From Gonapodya sp. JEL0774 (Eukaryota), in the NCBI GenBank assembly GCA_027604505.1, contig JADIIX010000136.1, forward strand, positions 1 to 62,367: a stretch of 62,367 nucleotides of DNA. The letters run 5' to 3'. A model generated the notes under the pieces. That model did no database searches. It was not told where the DNA came from and saw only the letters and a list, made by a program, of their open reading frames with translations. Numbering within the stretch: the first letter of the stretch is position 1; the number at the start of each line of letters is the position of its first letter. Shown one piece after another: positions 12,271 through 25,654 of this stretch. A program made the position numbers and the translations under genes.

Positions 12271-12952
12271 TCAATCGTCCTCAAAAGTACCCATCACAGG
12301 TGGTTGGTAAACTTGGAAACCCTGACGCCACACGTTTGAGCCAGCAGAGGAATCCCAAATCCCACTGGTGCCGTCCATTTCGCACTCGCTTCCGTGCACT
12401 ACTGGTATCATTGCCTCGCGAGAATAACCTGCAATCGGCAACTGAACTGGGTGTCCAAACGTTGTCAGAGTCGGGGAAGCCTCTTCTCGTTTCACGACTA
12501 TTGGATATCCCTGGTAATGGGCTCCTGGAAGACGGTATTCGAAACCCGGGGAGGGTCCAAAGCCAAAGTTCGGAAGTGGAAGAGGTAGCGGAGGCAACTC
12601 CGGGAGAGTCATCCGCGCTTTCGTTGATTTAGGCAATTCATCATGCTCGGAATTTGACTGTGCAGATTTCGGACGTCTCTGTCGTCGTCGCACGAGGTCC
12701 GTTTTCAGTGTGATGGGGCGCTCTACGCCGTGAAGCTTGTAAAACAATTTGCAAGCTGGCGGCAAGACCCCTGTCAGATGTGATGCTCAGTTTTGTCGTG
12801 CAAAGAAGCTTACCGTTACAGACAGTCTGGCCGTTTACGTCCTTTCTCCACAAGCTGGTGGTTGTGGTGCCGCAATTGGCGCACTCAATCGGCAAAGCTT
12901 TCTTATCTCGAGACGCAGATGGCTGTGCCGAAGATTCGATTGTGGCGGACAT
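12271..12952 (-). CDS. GATA zinc-finger transcription factor (CX2CX17CX2C)
   Basis: CANCGTTTTSLWRKDVNGQTVCN|ACKLFYKLHGVERPITLKTDLVRRRQR across one intron (about 12770-12813). Confidence 0.92.
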
Positions 12953-13188
12953 TTCGTTAATTGTTGTTTCTTGCGCTTGCTTGTCTTGCGTACCGACAAG
13001 AAGAGTTAGTTACCAATACCGATGTCTGAAAGATTAGATTGTGGGTGGCTGGTGAAAGTTTGACCAAAGGAGCCCAGGACAACTCGCTGGCGCCTCCAAA
13101 AATGACTGCAAGTCGGTGAGGGAGAGCGTAAGAAAAGCAACATTTATTGATATGAACAAGGCATTTCGTGTATCATACATCACTCCAA

Positions 13189-14992
13189 CTACCTCCACCA
13201 TGGCCTGTTTTCTTCCGCGAACTTGACACCAAGGATGTTCTTTCCCCCATTCAGATGAGGCTTGTCCTCCGTGGATCTCCAGTACCAGTCTAGTTGGCCC
13301 AGTGGCAGCACTGAACGATCGTAGATCTCGTTGATGAAAGTTCCCACTCCTTCCAAAACACCTGCGTTAACGACCTCTCTGACACCATTATATTTCAGAC
13401 GTTCCGCTCACCAACGTAAAATGCAAGGACGGCAGAAGCAATTCCGAACCAGCCAGCGATGTTTCTTGTAGTTGTGCTGTACTCTCCGGCGAGAAGCAAG
13501 AAAAATGCACCAACCAAGGGCACGAACACTGAAGCCAGTGCAATACTGATCCTCAAGCTTCCCACGAAAAACACAATCGTTAAGATACCCCAACAAGCAA
13601 AAATCCCGGTCAACCCATGCTGAACCGAAGCTGCATGTTATAAAGTCTCATCAGATTTTGGCGCTAGCTCTTTCACATGCCCTGAAAAACTCACTGACGG
13701 TGACAGCTTTTGTTGACACGAGAATCTGAAAAATAGCTATCCCGATCCAGAATGCCCCATAAGACGAGAAAACAGTCGCACCGAATGTGTTTTTCTTTTA
13801 GGAACATCCGGGTAAGTAAGTTGATATTTTGATTCCATTCGATCTGTTCCATCTAATGTGCAAAAAATAATGTCGAAATCTCTTACCTTGAAAAACTCCA
13901 GCACGCCAGCAATCAGCTGCGTCATACCACCCCACACAAGCGCCTGAAATAGGACGGGCATTCGCTGAGTGAGTAATAACGGTTGTTTTACCGAAATGGA
14001 AGAATGTCGCTTACGTAAGCCCACACAACGTTTCCGAAGTCAAGTTCCACTACTCCCGCATTGACAACCGAGAGGAACGTGGTAGTGAGTGCAAACGCGA
14101 ACAGCCCAAGTGGAGCGGGATTCTTCATTGGAGAAGTTTGGTTTGTACTAAAAAAAAATTTGTGCGGCTAATGGTTGGCTTCCCCGCGTACTCACGGCGA
14201 TCGTTCCAGACACATCGATTTTGAATATCGAATCCGTTGAAGGTGAAAAGTAGATTGCACGTTCCGGATCGTACTGTGCGTCACGGAAATGCTTAATCGG
14301 TCCCCAGACGGTAGATCTGAAAGAGCGACAGCATAGTTATGAATGTTCGTTGCAATCGGGGAACGTGCGGATTTCAAGTGCCAACGAGCAACACAAGAGA
14401 AGAGTGCGATGCTTCGGAATGCGAGCACTGTATACTGGTAATGTGAAACCGCACCTTCCCGCAACCGTAGATGGAGATCCACCATACTTTGACCAACCTT
14501 CTTGCCTGAAGAAGAGAAAAGAAAAGGGGAGGTGTCACGATAGTGTGCAACAGAGGTTTCATCATCACAACTCTCGGGAATGTTTTAGTACACCGACATT
14601 GCAACGGTGGTCTGATCACTGGAAGTGAAACCACTTGTTTCTACAGCGTATGAGCTTGATCTCCTCCTCCTCAACCTCGGGTTCTCTGTTGCGACAACGG
14701 CAGGTCCGTTTTCCTCAGTAAAATTAACAGCAGCAGGAGCTGCCGCTGTGCGTATCGGCCCTTCCGTCATCACTGGGAATCGAACCCCAGTGGACATTGG
14801 CTCCGAGGGTGGTGGCGGTCGTCCTCCAAGTGCGAAGGCTCGAGCTCTGGCTATGTCTGCGTGAGCCTTTTCTTCGGGATACATGGAGTGGCGGATAGAA
14901 ATGGGGAGTTTGAGAGGTGAGGGACGTTGGGTGAATGACATCACCTGATGATGATGAACACCCAACGGCGTAACTACCGGTTTATTCATCAT
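13189..14992 (-). CDS. GPR1/FUN34/YaaH (Ady2/AcpA) acetate transporter family, multi-exon
   Basis: Signature NPAPLGLFAFALT at about 14085-14125, plus GGMTQLIAGVLEF, WGILTIVFFVGSLR and AGWFGIASAVLAFY. Stop TAG at 13189-13191. Inclusion of ORF 14585-14992 as the N-terminus is inferred. Confidence 0.85.
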
Positions 14993-15165
14993 GAAACTTG
15001 TACATTTTTTGCATCGCCTTTATTATGTAGCTATGAAACGACGATGACTACATAGATATGAAACCATCATAGCGCGGACGTTGGCAAAAATCACCGGTGC
15101 TGATTTTAAGGGGATGGCATTTATATGTCCGCTTGATAATCAATATTACAGTAATGTTAACAATT

Positions 15166-16698
15166 TTAATCCTTCGTGAAACTTTTGGTCGCTCGCTTCA
15201 CTAACCACTCCCCAGCTGTGACCACACCACCGTTCTCTGATCTAAACTCAGGCGCCATTGTGTCCTCACTCGCCTCCACCTTCTTGCCTTCGTAACCGTC
15301 AATAACTGGGCTTGAAATCGGAGTGAGCGGGGTGGAGAAACCCGGTCGCGCGAAATAGGCAACGGAGTATCGACGAGAATACTTCAAGTGTTCTTTAGGT
15401 GATGGGACAACCCGGTGCATGGTCGACTTCAGGTAGCCCGAAGACCAAAACTGAATGATATCACCACTGTGTGGGCAAAACAAGGGCAATGTATATGAAC
15501 TTCTTGGAGAATCGGGGTGGTTGGAGGTGCAAATACCCACAGATTCACAACACAAGCACCTTCAACGGGGGGGACGTGAACCCACTCCTTAGTACGGGGA
15601 AGCTGAATTTGAAGGCCTCCAGTCTCATCATTGAACAAAATGGTGATTGATCCCCAATCTGTGTGCCTATTGATTCCCAAGGCTCCCGTAGTGAGCTTGC
15701 ACTCCGTGACGGCAAGAAAGCAAGCACGACTCACGCCCCAACCCTAACTCCTGCTTGCTCTTCAGTCTTGTCAGTGGTTGCGACTGGTGGGGGATAGTGG
15801 AGGAACCGGAAAGTATCGCCGCTCGGCGAATCATAACTGTGAGCTTCTTGGAACGCTAAATAGCCGGGAGTGCCATCTGCAGAGTCAGGAATGCGAAGTC
15901 CAATGGCGATGAGCTGGAGGCACTTCAGAGCGAGACCATGGCAGATCTGAACGCGTAAAACCGGAGTGAATGTCCACACAGTGATTGCACAAGGAGTATT
16001 TGTAGCACAAACACTCACGCGCGAGAACTCCTCGAGTTCCGCCCAGTGATTCATTAAAACTCGCGGGTGCTTGCGGTCTGAGTGTCCCGGATGTTGGGAA
16101 CCCCATTTTGCCATGTTGTAGAGCTCCTTGTCTAATCAATTAGAATTCAGCAAAGTACGTTCATGCTGGTTGGACAAAACAGACACACTCACTGTCACTG
16201 ATTCCAGAAGGGTCGAGTGTTTGACCCCCTAACCCCATGTAGCCAATGTGGTTGGAATCCATCCTGCAAGATTGAGGGTTTCGGTTCAAACAGCAGCGAC
16301 AAAAGGGCTTAACAATGCGCTAATTACCAGTATGGTGTTTTCTCTTCCGAAGGCTCCGCAAAGTATTCTGCGGCGATGCGGAACATGTTGTTGATTTGTT
16401 CTTGACTCATGTTTAGTCCTTTGAGATAAAAAAACCCTGCATGCACGGTGATATTTTTTGGCAGATTAGCTCAGTTAGTGTGACGCTGGACATGCACAGT
16501 CTTCTTACCAACGTCATGCGAAGCTCGAGTGATCTCGTCGGCCATCTTTCGAGACTCCTCCAGTCTATTTTGTGGGTCAAATTCCGATAGGTCAATGACC
16601 GCGAGAGGAAGAGTGCTGGCATCAATTTTGGAAGAAGGTGCAGGAACACCCTTGGAGACGGTGTTGGTGATCGCTGTGTTCACGAGAGCGGGAGACAT
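15166..16698 (-). CDS. 2-oxoglutarate/Fe(II)-dependent dioxygenase (IPNS/DIOX_N type), multi-exon
   Basis: VIDLS...ASHDVGFF, FRFLHYPP, HTDWGSITILF (HxD), GDIIQFWSSGYLKSTMHRVV and RYSVAYF (RxS). Confidence 0.92.
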
Positions 16699-16960
16699 CC
16701 CTTCGGAGTTGCTCAAAAGCGAAAGCTATTGCAAATTCAAAAAGATGAAGGTAGTAGCGCTTGGCTATTTTCAGGTATATGGCGCCTTCGTTGAGGGAAG
16801 TGTTTTACAATTGGCTTCCGGGGAATCCAACATCCCCTGAGTCGGAGCAATCAATCGATAAATGTTGCCCCGTTACATGTAAGCTTGCACATAAATAGTG
16901 TTATTACAGCACTGTATCTAAACATTATTTAAGAGATTACGAGTTGATTATTAGAATTAA

Positions 16961-19900
16961 TTACTTCTTGAGGAACGCAACCGCGTCCTGCACCGTTTCA
17001 AAGAACATGTCCTTGCCAAGGATATCCACCAACCCAGAATTGGAGAACATCTCGATTTGAGTGGATGAAGTACGACAGAATGCAATTTTGATATCGTGGT
17101 GCACAAAGGTCTTGACAATCTGCAAACAAGAATTGTACCAGTGTTCACCAGACACTTTGATGTATCGTCAAGCCGACTCACCTTCTTCAGAATGTACACA
17201 CCACTAGAATCCATGTCCTCACAGTGTTTCATGTCAAACACAATTGCTTCCAGCCCTTCCACGCCGTTCGCCTTGCCAGCTCCTTGAGCTTTGATGCAGT
17301 CGACCGCTAAGCACCGTTTCGAGATCTTCTCGTACGTCCGGGCGAGAACAGCAATCTGATGTTTGAGCTCGCCACAATTATAGTACTGTATCGGAGAATC
17401 CACCGAAAGAATAAGTAGATTGGCCACGATATGTGCGTTCGGATTTCTGTTGATATCCGCATACTGGTCGGCGGGAGATGGAGCGGAATATGACGCCATA
17501 GACAGTTGAGGGCCTGCAGAGACTTGTAGTGCCGGTTCAATGTTCTCGGTTTCACTGGCGTTCAGTGTCGCCGCACTTGCGACAGAATGATCCCGAGCAA
17601 CTCGTCCAAGAATGGTCAGGTGGGGTCTACAATTTCGGTTTACCAAGATCAAGGTCGATAGAATAAGACTCAGAATGATCCCAACCTTCAAATACCGTTA
17701 TTATTGCAGTCAGGCGACAGAATCCACTCTTGAATAATTGAATCTCACCTCAATCGCCAGGAAAAACGTGGTGGCGAACGTGATGACCATGAAAAGAATT
17801 TCACCCACTTTTTGCATTCTAATCTGAGGATCAGGCACACCGCGAACACAACAAAAGCCATTGTGACTTTAAACGAATACAGTCACGCATTTCATAGCAA
17901 ACTCACCGTAAACCAGATCTCACCAAACTCTATCAGCCTATACGCTGCTACGAAAACGATCCCGGCAATGACGGACTTTGGCAAATAATAAAATACCTGG
18001 CTGAGCGCCAAGACAATAACAAGGACCACAAGAGCTGCGATTATTGTTGCCAGCGTAGTTTTACCGCCGGAGGTTGCGAGAATGCGTGATCGGGGTAATG
18101 AACCCCACACAGGATAGCACCCCAGGAATGATCCCAAAATATTCGCGCTGCCCAGTGCGATCAACTCCTTGATACGCATGATGATGATGGTTTGAGTCGC
18201 AGAGGAAAAGCGAGACATAAGAGGGAACCGCACGCACCTGAGTTTCTGCTACCTCGTAGTCATTTTTGAGAGCGAAACCTCGTGCACTTGAAATTGATTC
18301 GATAAACCCAATCAAGGTGATGATGATGCAAGGTTGCAGAAGCTTAGAGAACAGAGCGCCATCTATCACTGGTACCCCGGGTGCTGGGAGGGTACTCTGC
18401 AGTGTGCCAATGACCGGGATCCCGTGACTTTCGAAATTGATCGCCCAGGAGAGCAAAATTGACAGCGCTACCAAAATGAAAATATCTGGTAGATTCTGAA
18501 GAATTCTAGACTTGTAACGCTTCCGGATTTCTGGCATGACCAGAAGGAATATAACCACGAGTACCCCAAGCAACGATGGTTGCCATTTCGCGCTGGGGAA
18601 CTGCCTACACGACTCAATTAACTTATCCAGCGAGCTGAGGTTTCCAGCAGGGCGCTTTGGGAGGGCAAGCAAGCCCTAGTCAAATGTCATCCGCTGGTCA
18701 GGATAGACAGCCAAGGCCCTTCAAGCAATGACCAACTAGGGTCTACAACATACGTACAGGTAGCTGCTCGATCATGACAAGGCACGCAATCCCCGTGACA
18801 AAACCAACGAGAAGAAATCCATTTAGAAGATTGTCAATAAAACCAAGCCTTAGCACTCCAAGACATAATGCAAATATGCCACACATCAGGCAAATCGTGT
18901 TGGCAATTTGTGTGGCGGTCAAGTTTGCATAGTCGGGCTCCAGTAAGGTTTCAATGACATTGACGCCCACAAGGACGGAGGAAAGTGCTTCCGGTCCCAC
19001 CGAGAGCTGACGAGAGCCTCCAAGAACTGCATAGATGAATAGCGGAAAAATGGCCGAGACGAGAGCAGATATGGGAGGCACATTCGCCAGGCTCGCATAG
19101 GCAATCGATTGAGGAACCAGCACGACACCGATCGTTATTCCAGCTTTCAAATCATAAAGAAAGGTCCACCGATCATAATTCTTGAACATCCCCGTGATCG
19201 GGAACAAGCTAGTCAGAAGCTTTCTCTATCACGTGGTTTCAGAACGCAACATCGTGGATTACTGATGACGTTGAATGCAATGGAAATCAATTTCTGGTTT
19301 GCAAATTTACCCAAAAGTCCGTGGCCTTCGACTTCCGAGTCATTTCGTCTTTAAAACTCAAGGCTTCAGCAAATACTTTATCGGGTTTCAGTATATGGTG
19401 TGTTGCTTTGTACTGAGGGAAAGTTGTGGGTGCACGGGTCGGTGGCGCATCGATCAGTGGGTATCACGTGGACAAGCTCACCTCGGCAAGAGTCTGGACC
19501 ACATGGGCGCGGTCTCCGCCGGACGTGTGAATTTCACAGTCACAGCGAAATGCGCTTGTGATGCTTCCCGTCTGGTGTGCAGTGAATAGCGTGTATATGA
19601 ATACATATATTAAAAAGCAATCGATCCCTGAAGCACGTTGGTCACTCACATGATCACGGGTACTCGATTTTTCAGTAGCGAAGCTCGAATTCTCGCCCTC
19701 CGCATCGATCTCCACATTTGTCGAGCTGTCTTCGAAGTCGGCCAATGACACCATAAGAGCTGCGACGGTGCTGCGACGTCTTGTCGCCAACTTCTTGAAA
19801 CTGGGCGGGGGTTCCTCTACTGGGATGGTTACACCCATTGAGGGTTTATTCGCGTCTTCATCATCCATCGTGGACGCTGGTGATACACCTCCACCCTGGT

Positions 19901-19961
19901 TGTGGGACATTTGGAAATCTTTATATTTGTGTGATTTGTGTGCTTGGCTGTCAACAGGCAA
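16961..19961 (-). CDS. SulP/SLC26 anion (sulfate) transporter with C-terminal STAS domain
   Basis: DLKAGITIGVVLVPQSIAYASLA, GGSRQLSVGPEA, ELIALGSANILGSF...GSLPRS and STAS IVFDMKHCEDMDSSG...FFETVQDAV. The start is approximate. Confidence 0.93.
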
Positions 19962-20213
19962 CCAACCGCAAGGTCAGGCTAAGGCATTCCTCAGGGACAA
20001 CTGGCGCTGCCAAGTGTGAGGATGACTTTGAACGTAGACGAGGGGAGCGAGAGGATAAGCTTATTTTCACCCTGGTGACTTGGTTATATGCTTCCCGACT
20101 AAGACGCAGTTCATCCTCAACTCCCCACTGAAATAATTTTAGAGAGTTCGAATGCAAATGTATCTGTGTATCCTTGTTTGTGAATACAAAGGGTGTATTA
20201 GTAGCATCCACAA

Positions 20214-22369
20214 CTACATTTTAGCTGCCGTGTTCTCTGGCCTGAACACATTCCTGTTCCCCCTTTGTTCCACCGAGCCCACTGTACCAATTGGCTCAGC
20301 TGTATGTACAATCCATTTCAAAGTCTCTTTTCCATCCTCATTCGCGATAAAGCGTTCGTTTGTTGCAATTACTCGCCCAATGATAATCGCCCGGGAAGGC
20401 TCCCCCGAACGATCGTACACCACAGTGTATGTCTCGATCACTGCCGGACCTGACGTGGGCTGCTCGACCCATTGGGTTGGAGCAACATTCACTTTCTCAG
20501 GAAGCCGACCAGACTTGAATGGGACCGCTGTGGCATCGGGTCGAGGAGAGCTCGACATGACAACTGCGTGATGATATCTAAGGGATGAAGTTAATGAAAT
20601 CGTCGATGGCATAGGGTCTGGCGCCGCAATGACGTACGTGGGGAACCCTCCATTTGCCAGTACAAGTCCGGTTCGATGAATACCAGCCCGAATCTGACGC
20701 GTCATCTCAGTGAGAGCCTTAAAAAAACTTGTTTCGGTTATTGTAAAACGATCAGGAATACAACGAAACCCGTACATGCGTGCTAGGTGGGGTGACCGCG
20801 AAACGGTTAAAACGGACATACATCTTTCGACAACACGATCCTACGAAAGGTCATCAAGGCCCACCTGTAATTATTTCCTGCGCCGCCGAATGATGTCAAC
20901 CCGCCTACAAGGGAAAGTGGTTTCGTTCTACCCTTCCTCGTCAAAATTGGGATCTTCAAATGCTGCGCTGCCAGTTTTGGCACCACAGGAAAACAACTGT
21001 GGCAGTTTTTATTGAAGTTCAAGATCTTTGGTTGATGTGGGGAACGCTGGGTATCCCAGAAGCGAACGACTGACCTGTAGATATCAAGAGCATCGACAGC
21101 GTCTGCTGAAATGCCTGCGCAACTTAAGGTCTCGTCGAGTGTCGCACTTATAGAAGGTGACATCCAAAAGTTTGGTCGCGTGAGATCTGTGATCGAACCT
21201 TGTATCAATTTCAATTCAAGCGGATCTCTGATGGATAAGAATACCAACGGTTTATGTCGTCTTGTGTACCCGCGGCAGACCATACGTATACCCATTTCTC
21301 CTTCGGAACTCCAAGTAAAGATGCTTGAGCTTGTGAGCACATCAATACAGCTCCAGAAAGATTGATGGTGTTGAAGGCATTTTGCACCAGAGGATCTGTA
21401 GAGGCACGATCGATTACCGCCATTCGCAAGAGTACGTAAACAGAATTTGAGGTCCCTACAAGGATAGCAAATCATCCTATTCTTTTTGGAAACGGATCGA
21501 ATCTCATCGCTTGTGAGAGGTTTCTGACCATACGTCCAGGCGTAAGGCTTGGTGGATGCGATTTGTGCAAACTCGGCGTACAATTCCGCAGACTCCTTCT
21601 CATTGTCTTCACGTGATTGGCCGCGGTGTGCGCGTAGGGCATTTTCAAATAGTGGATCTAAACATCAGAATGTTGCTCGATGAGTTGCATGCAACAAACG
21701 AGAGCTCTATTTGGTTCCCACAAGTATGGATTGGAGCAATGAGACCGTGGCGCGCTACATATTTCACCCACGGTCCAACCATCGTACTGTCCGAAGGTGC
21801 AAACGCTGGATCCAGAGGGGGAGTCCAATTCGGATTTTTCTTGGCGGCCGCAAACATCGCCTCTTTCAATCAAACAAGACATGTTAGTATAGTACAATCC
21901 AGGAAATTCAATTCCCAAACATTACTACTCACTTGATGCCAAGGCCTCTCCTCCACAGATGAGCGCAACCTTCGTTTCTCCGCCAACAATTCGCTGAGCA
22001 GCTCTGTCAAGCAGTCGACATGGCCAACAGCCCGAATGTTGAGAATAAAACAGGTGAGAAGGGGTGACTCCGATCTTTTCCGCGAGCAATAGAGGCAAGT
22101 TGTCGTACGCTTCGTTTTCCACGAACGGATTGTTTATTGCAGAAAATGCCATGATCGGTGGAATTCGAGTACATACACCACGTCCAGGATGCAACAACGT
22201 CGATGCTGTCGATGTTGCGTTTAAGTGTCTCCGGATGGGCACCACTGTCGTTCACTGCAACCTCGAAGGCCCTCTGAATCAGCTCAAGAGGTTCCAAGGC
22301 ATCTTGGAGATTTGTATGCTTGTTCTTGAAATCTCCAACTCCGATGATGACAGGAGAAAGCGACTGCAT
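20214..22369 (-). CDS. Thiolase-like protein (acetyl-CoA acetyltransferase-like, with C-terminal extra domain), PTS1-like end AKM
   Basis: PVIIGVGD, ICGGEALAS, DIY|SCFP, SLVGGLTSFGGAGNNY, GLVLANGG and IETYTVVYDRSGEP, matching the bacterial/fungal thiolase-like family. Confidence 0.85.
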
Positions 22370-22608
22370 TTGATTGATAATTTGAAAGTTGGCGCGCAAT
22401 TGGATTCCGTGCTTTGTGCTTCCGTCCAATGAGCCGCTTCCGGTCAGGTCAGTCACAATTACAGTAGTAAAATGTTTGCTCCATTTCCTCCCCACAGCAG
22501 CGCTGTGGACCTGCATTCATTATTCTGAAATAATTTGCGTGATTGGATATCTATCAATGTAGTATGTACAAAATCGACAATCAGCCTCCAGAAATCATTC
22601 GCCAACAT

Positions 22609-25070
22609 TCATCGGAAGTCGTCCATTCCATCGCCACCGACTATATCAAGATCATCGTCCTCATCATCACCATCCGCGATACCTGCTCTCAGTAACGCAG
22701 CTGCTCCTCCTCCAACAACACCTGGCAAAATCACGACAGGTACGGGCAATGGTTGCGATTTTGAATTGTGTGCTTCCGAGGCGTCTGTACTTGATTTTGC
22801 ACGCTTCCTGGCGGGTTTGACCGGATCCACTGATGTATCCGACAGTGTGGAAGCGGCATCATCGAGATGACTGCTAACCGGCACTGAAGAACCAGGCCTT
22901 GATCTTTTGCCATTCTTCTTGTTCCCATTAGCGATATTGTTGCCATTGCCGTTAGCAGCTGCCTGTCCTTTCTTGTTATTTGGCTTCGAAGGTGTCCGAA
23001 TTCCACTCTCTGCAACGACGCTTTTGGTGTCAACATCCTTCGTGTCAGAATTTGTCGGTATCCTTTCATCCTTCCTCTCAACGTTCCGCTCCTTTTCCTC
23101 AGTATCTCCGACAGCAGCAGTTGCCGCAGAAGTAATCCTCGCTTTTCGTAACGGCCTCCCCGCCTTCGAGAACGCAGGTTGACGAGTCTGCAATACGGAT
23201 GCACTATTGTCCGACATTCCCTCAGCAGTATGACCCCACGCAGCCCCTGGTGTTGGCGTCCCTGGCGGTCCCGGGAGCAAATCCCATGATCCTACTTCAC
23301 CGAGTTCCAGAGGAGGTACAACGATTCCTTCTCTAAGACCCGGCTTTAATGGTCTTGCAGGAGACAACCAGTATCCATATGCGCGTGCGGGATCACCTTC
23401 GACATCTGACTCGCCATCTGCAGCCCAATCATCCAAACCTTGCGGACTGTCCAGGGGCGGCTGGTTCTCGTCCATATCGTCATCATGATTGACGGACTCA
23501 TCCACGTCATCGTCATCGTTCAAGGTGAACCATTCACCAACGAAGGTAGGTGTGACTCCTGCTGGTACTCCAGGAGGAGGTAATTCATCCTCGCCGCCGC
23601 CACCATTCGTTGCTAGGGCGGCGGATGCTGGAGAGAGTGTTGGCAGAGGCTCACTGCCGACCCCAGAGATGCTTCCCATCACGATTTCCGTCAATGTGGC
23701 GTTGAGTAGAGCAAGGGTTTTCCTCGGAGTTTTCGTCGGCCGTGGTGGGGAGAGGACAGAGAGTGTCTGAGTTGGTGCAGAACTAAGGCTGGGTGGTTCT
23801 GGAATTGGTGAGGGGTTTGCAAGGTGCGATGAAAGCGGTGGGGTGGACGGAGGTTCCGGAGGGGGCAAACTGTATTCGAAGGGCAGGACAGTTTACATGA
23901 CGATGATGTTTTGTGCAAACACATAGGGCGACACACCTCGAATCCGTCCCTGCTCTAAAGAGAGCGTTCCGAACTGGTCCAACTCCGTTGCCCCCTGTCT
24001 CTACATCTACTTTCTTGACTTTCTTTCTCGATCTACCACCCTCAGGTACTTCGGGATTGGGGCCGTCGAACAGTCCAGGGAAAAGCTTTCCCAACCCGTC
24101 GTTCAAAAACCACCCAGCACGCGCTTCGAGGCTGCATTGCCTGGCGAACTCCCTAGCTCTGGGTAGAGGCACCCAAGTACCTCTCATCGACCCCTTTTTG
24201 ACACGGACGCGGACTCTCTCCAGGGCAAGAGCAATCCGACGATCCCGTGGAGTAGACACCCCTCCAGCGTGCAAGAGTGCCCCAATATGAACATGACCAT
24301 TGTCCGCACGGCGCAGGAGAGGAACGGTCTGGGATGGATTTACGGGATCCGGGAGTCGTGTGAGGAAGCACGGAACTCCGGCGAGTGTGATTAAGTGAAT
24401 AGGGACTGGCGATGGAACAGGTACTGATGGGGGTGTGAGTGACAAATTCGAAGGAAGTCGAGGCATGTCAGGAGCGGAAGGCGGAGTAGACGCTAATCAA
24501 AATAGATAAAGATGAGTGCATATCTCGAGAGTCATTTGCAAAGTAGCTTTTCAACGCGGGGAACTCCAACTCGAGATATAGCTGACTAAAGTGGTTGAAT
24601 ATGCAACAAACGAGGTTTTTGATGTCCGGCCGTCCATGTTCGCCGTGAGCATGCCACGTGAAGCATACCAACAACTCACAGTTGGATTCTGCTCCATCTC
24701 CTGCTACAGACTCCTCGTCCCGCTGTGTACTCCCATCCCCACCAGCACCAGTTGAGTGATCACCATGGTCGTCTTCGTCCGAAGAAGGAAATTCCAAAAA
24801 TTCAGAAGCGTCATTCGTGGAGTACAGGGCGATCAAATCGGAATCCTCAAGTATAGATGAAGATGACCCAACGTGAAAGTCTGGGGCGGAGGAGAGAAGA
24901 AATGAGCTTGTGGTAGATAGGGTAGGTGAAACTTTGCGTGAGGAAGTCGGGGTAGATGGTTTGGACGGTTTGGACCTTCTTGAATATGGTTTCTGTGGCA
25001 TTGGTCGAAGCACTCCGTCTGTAACGGTACCACTGGTGCTACGTTCCGGCATTCGTAGCAAAAGCTGCAA
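22609..25070 (-). CDS. APSES/KilA-N DNA-binding domain protein with acidic and low-complexity flanks
   Basis: PLLRRADNGHVHIGALLHAGG...VKKGSMRGTWVPLPRAREFARQCSL (ORF 23783-24466). Flanking ORFs can be joined by introns. The 5' end is uncertain. Confidence 0.7.
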
Positions 25071-25654
25071 TGCAGCAAAGAGAGGGCGTTTTCGTGTTTT
25101 TCGCGGGTTGCGCGCCGGTCGGTTTGTATTTGAGATGGTTAGAAAAAGGTTTTCTCGAATGTTTCCGTCTGTCCAGAACTGTTTCAGTCGTCACAACGGT
25201 ATGCAGCATAACTTGCTCAGCGCAAAGCAGTCCGTCGCGGAATCAAGGGGGTTCGAATCCGAATCCGGTCGTTGCAGGGAGGGAATGAGAAAAGTCAGTT
25301 GCAGCACCTCCTGCCCACACCACCAGAGTACCCAGCGTCCGTCCACTGCATCACCCTCATTACCCACGTTTCAAGGACCGCAATTTGTATCAACACGGGC
25401 CGCCAGAGCTCAGACATATTCGAGGACCACTACGGCACTATATTTGTCAACAAATCGACCATTCATCTCGCTGCCAACGCCGCTCTTGTGGTTTTCGGCA
25501 ACTTCACACCACCGAAAGCATTTCACCCCCGACAATTTCTTTCCAAATCGCCACGCATGCACAAGAATCGGTCGTGGAGGAGCTCACGGAAGCAGGTGAT
25601 CAGCGAGAAAGCATATTTTGAGTAATCTCTTTGGCTAAACATATTCCCCTCCCC

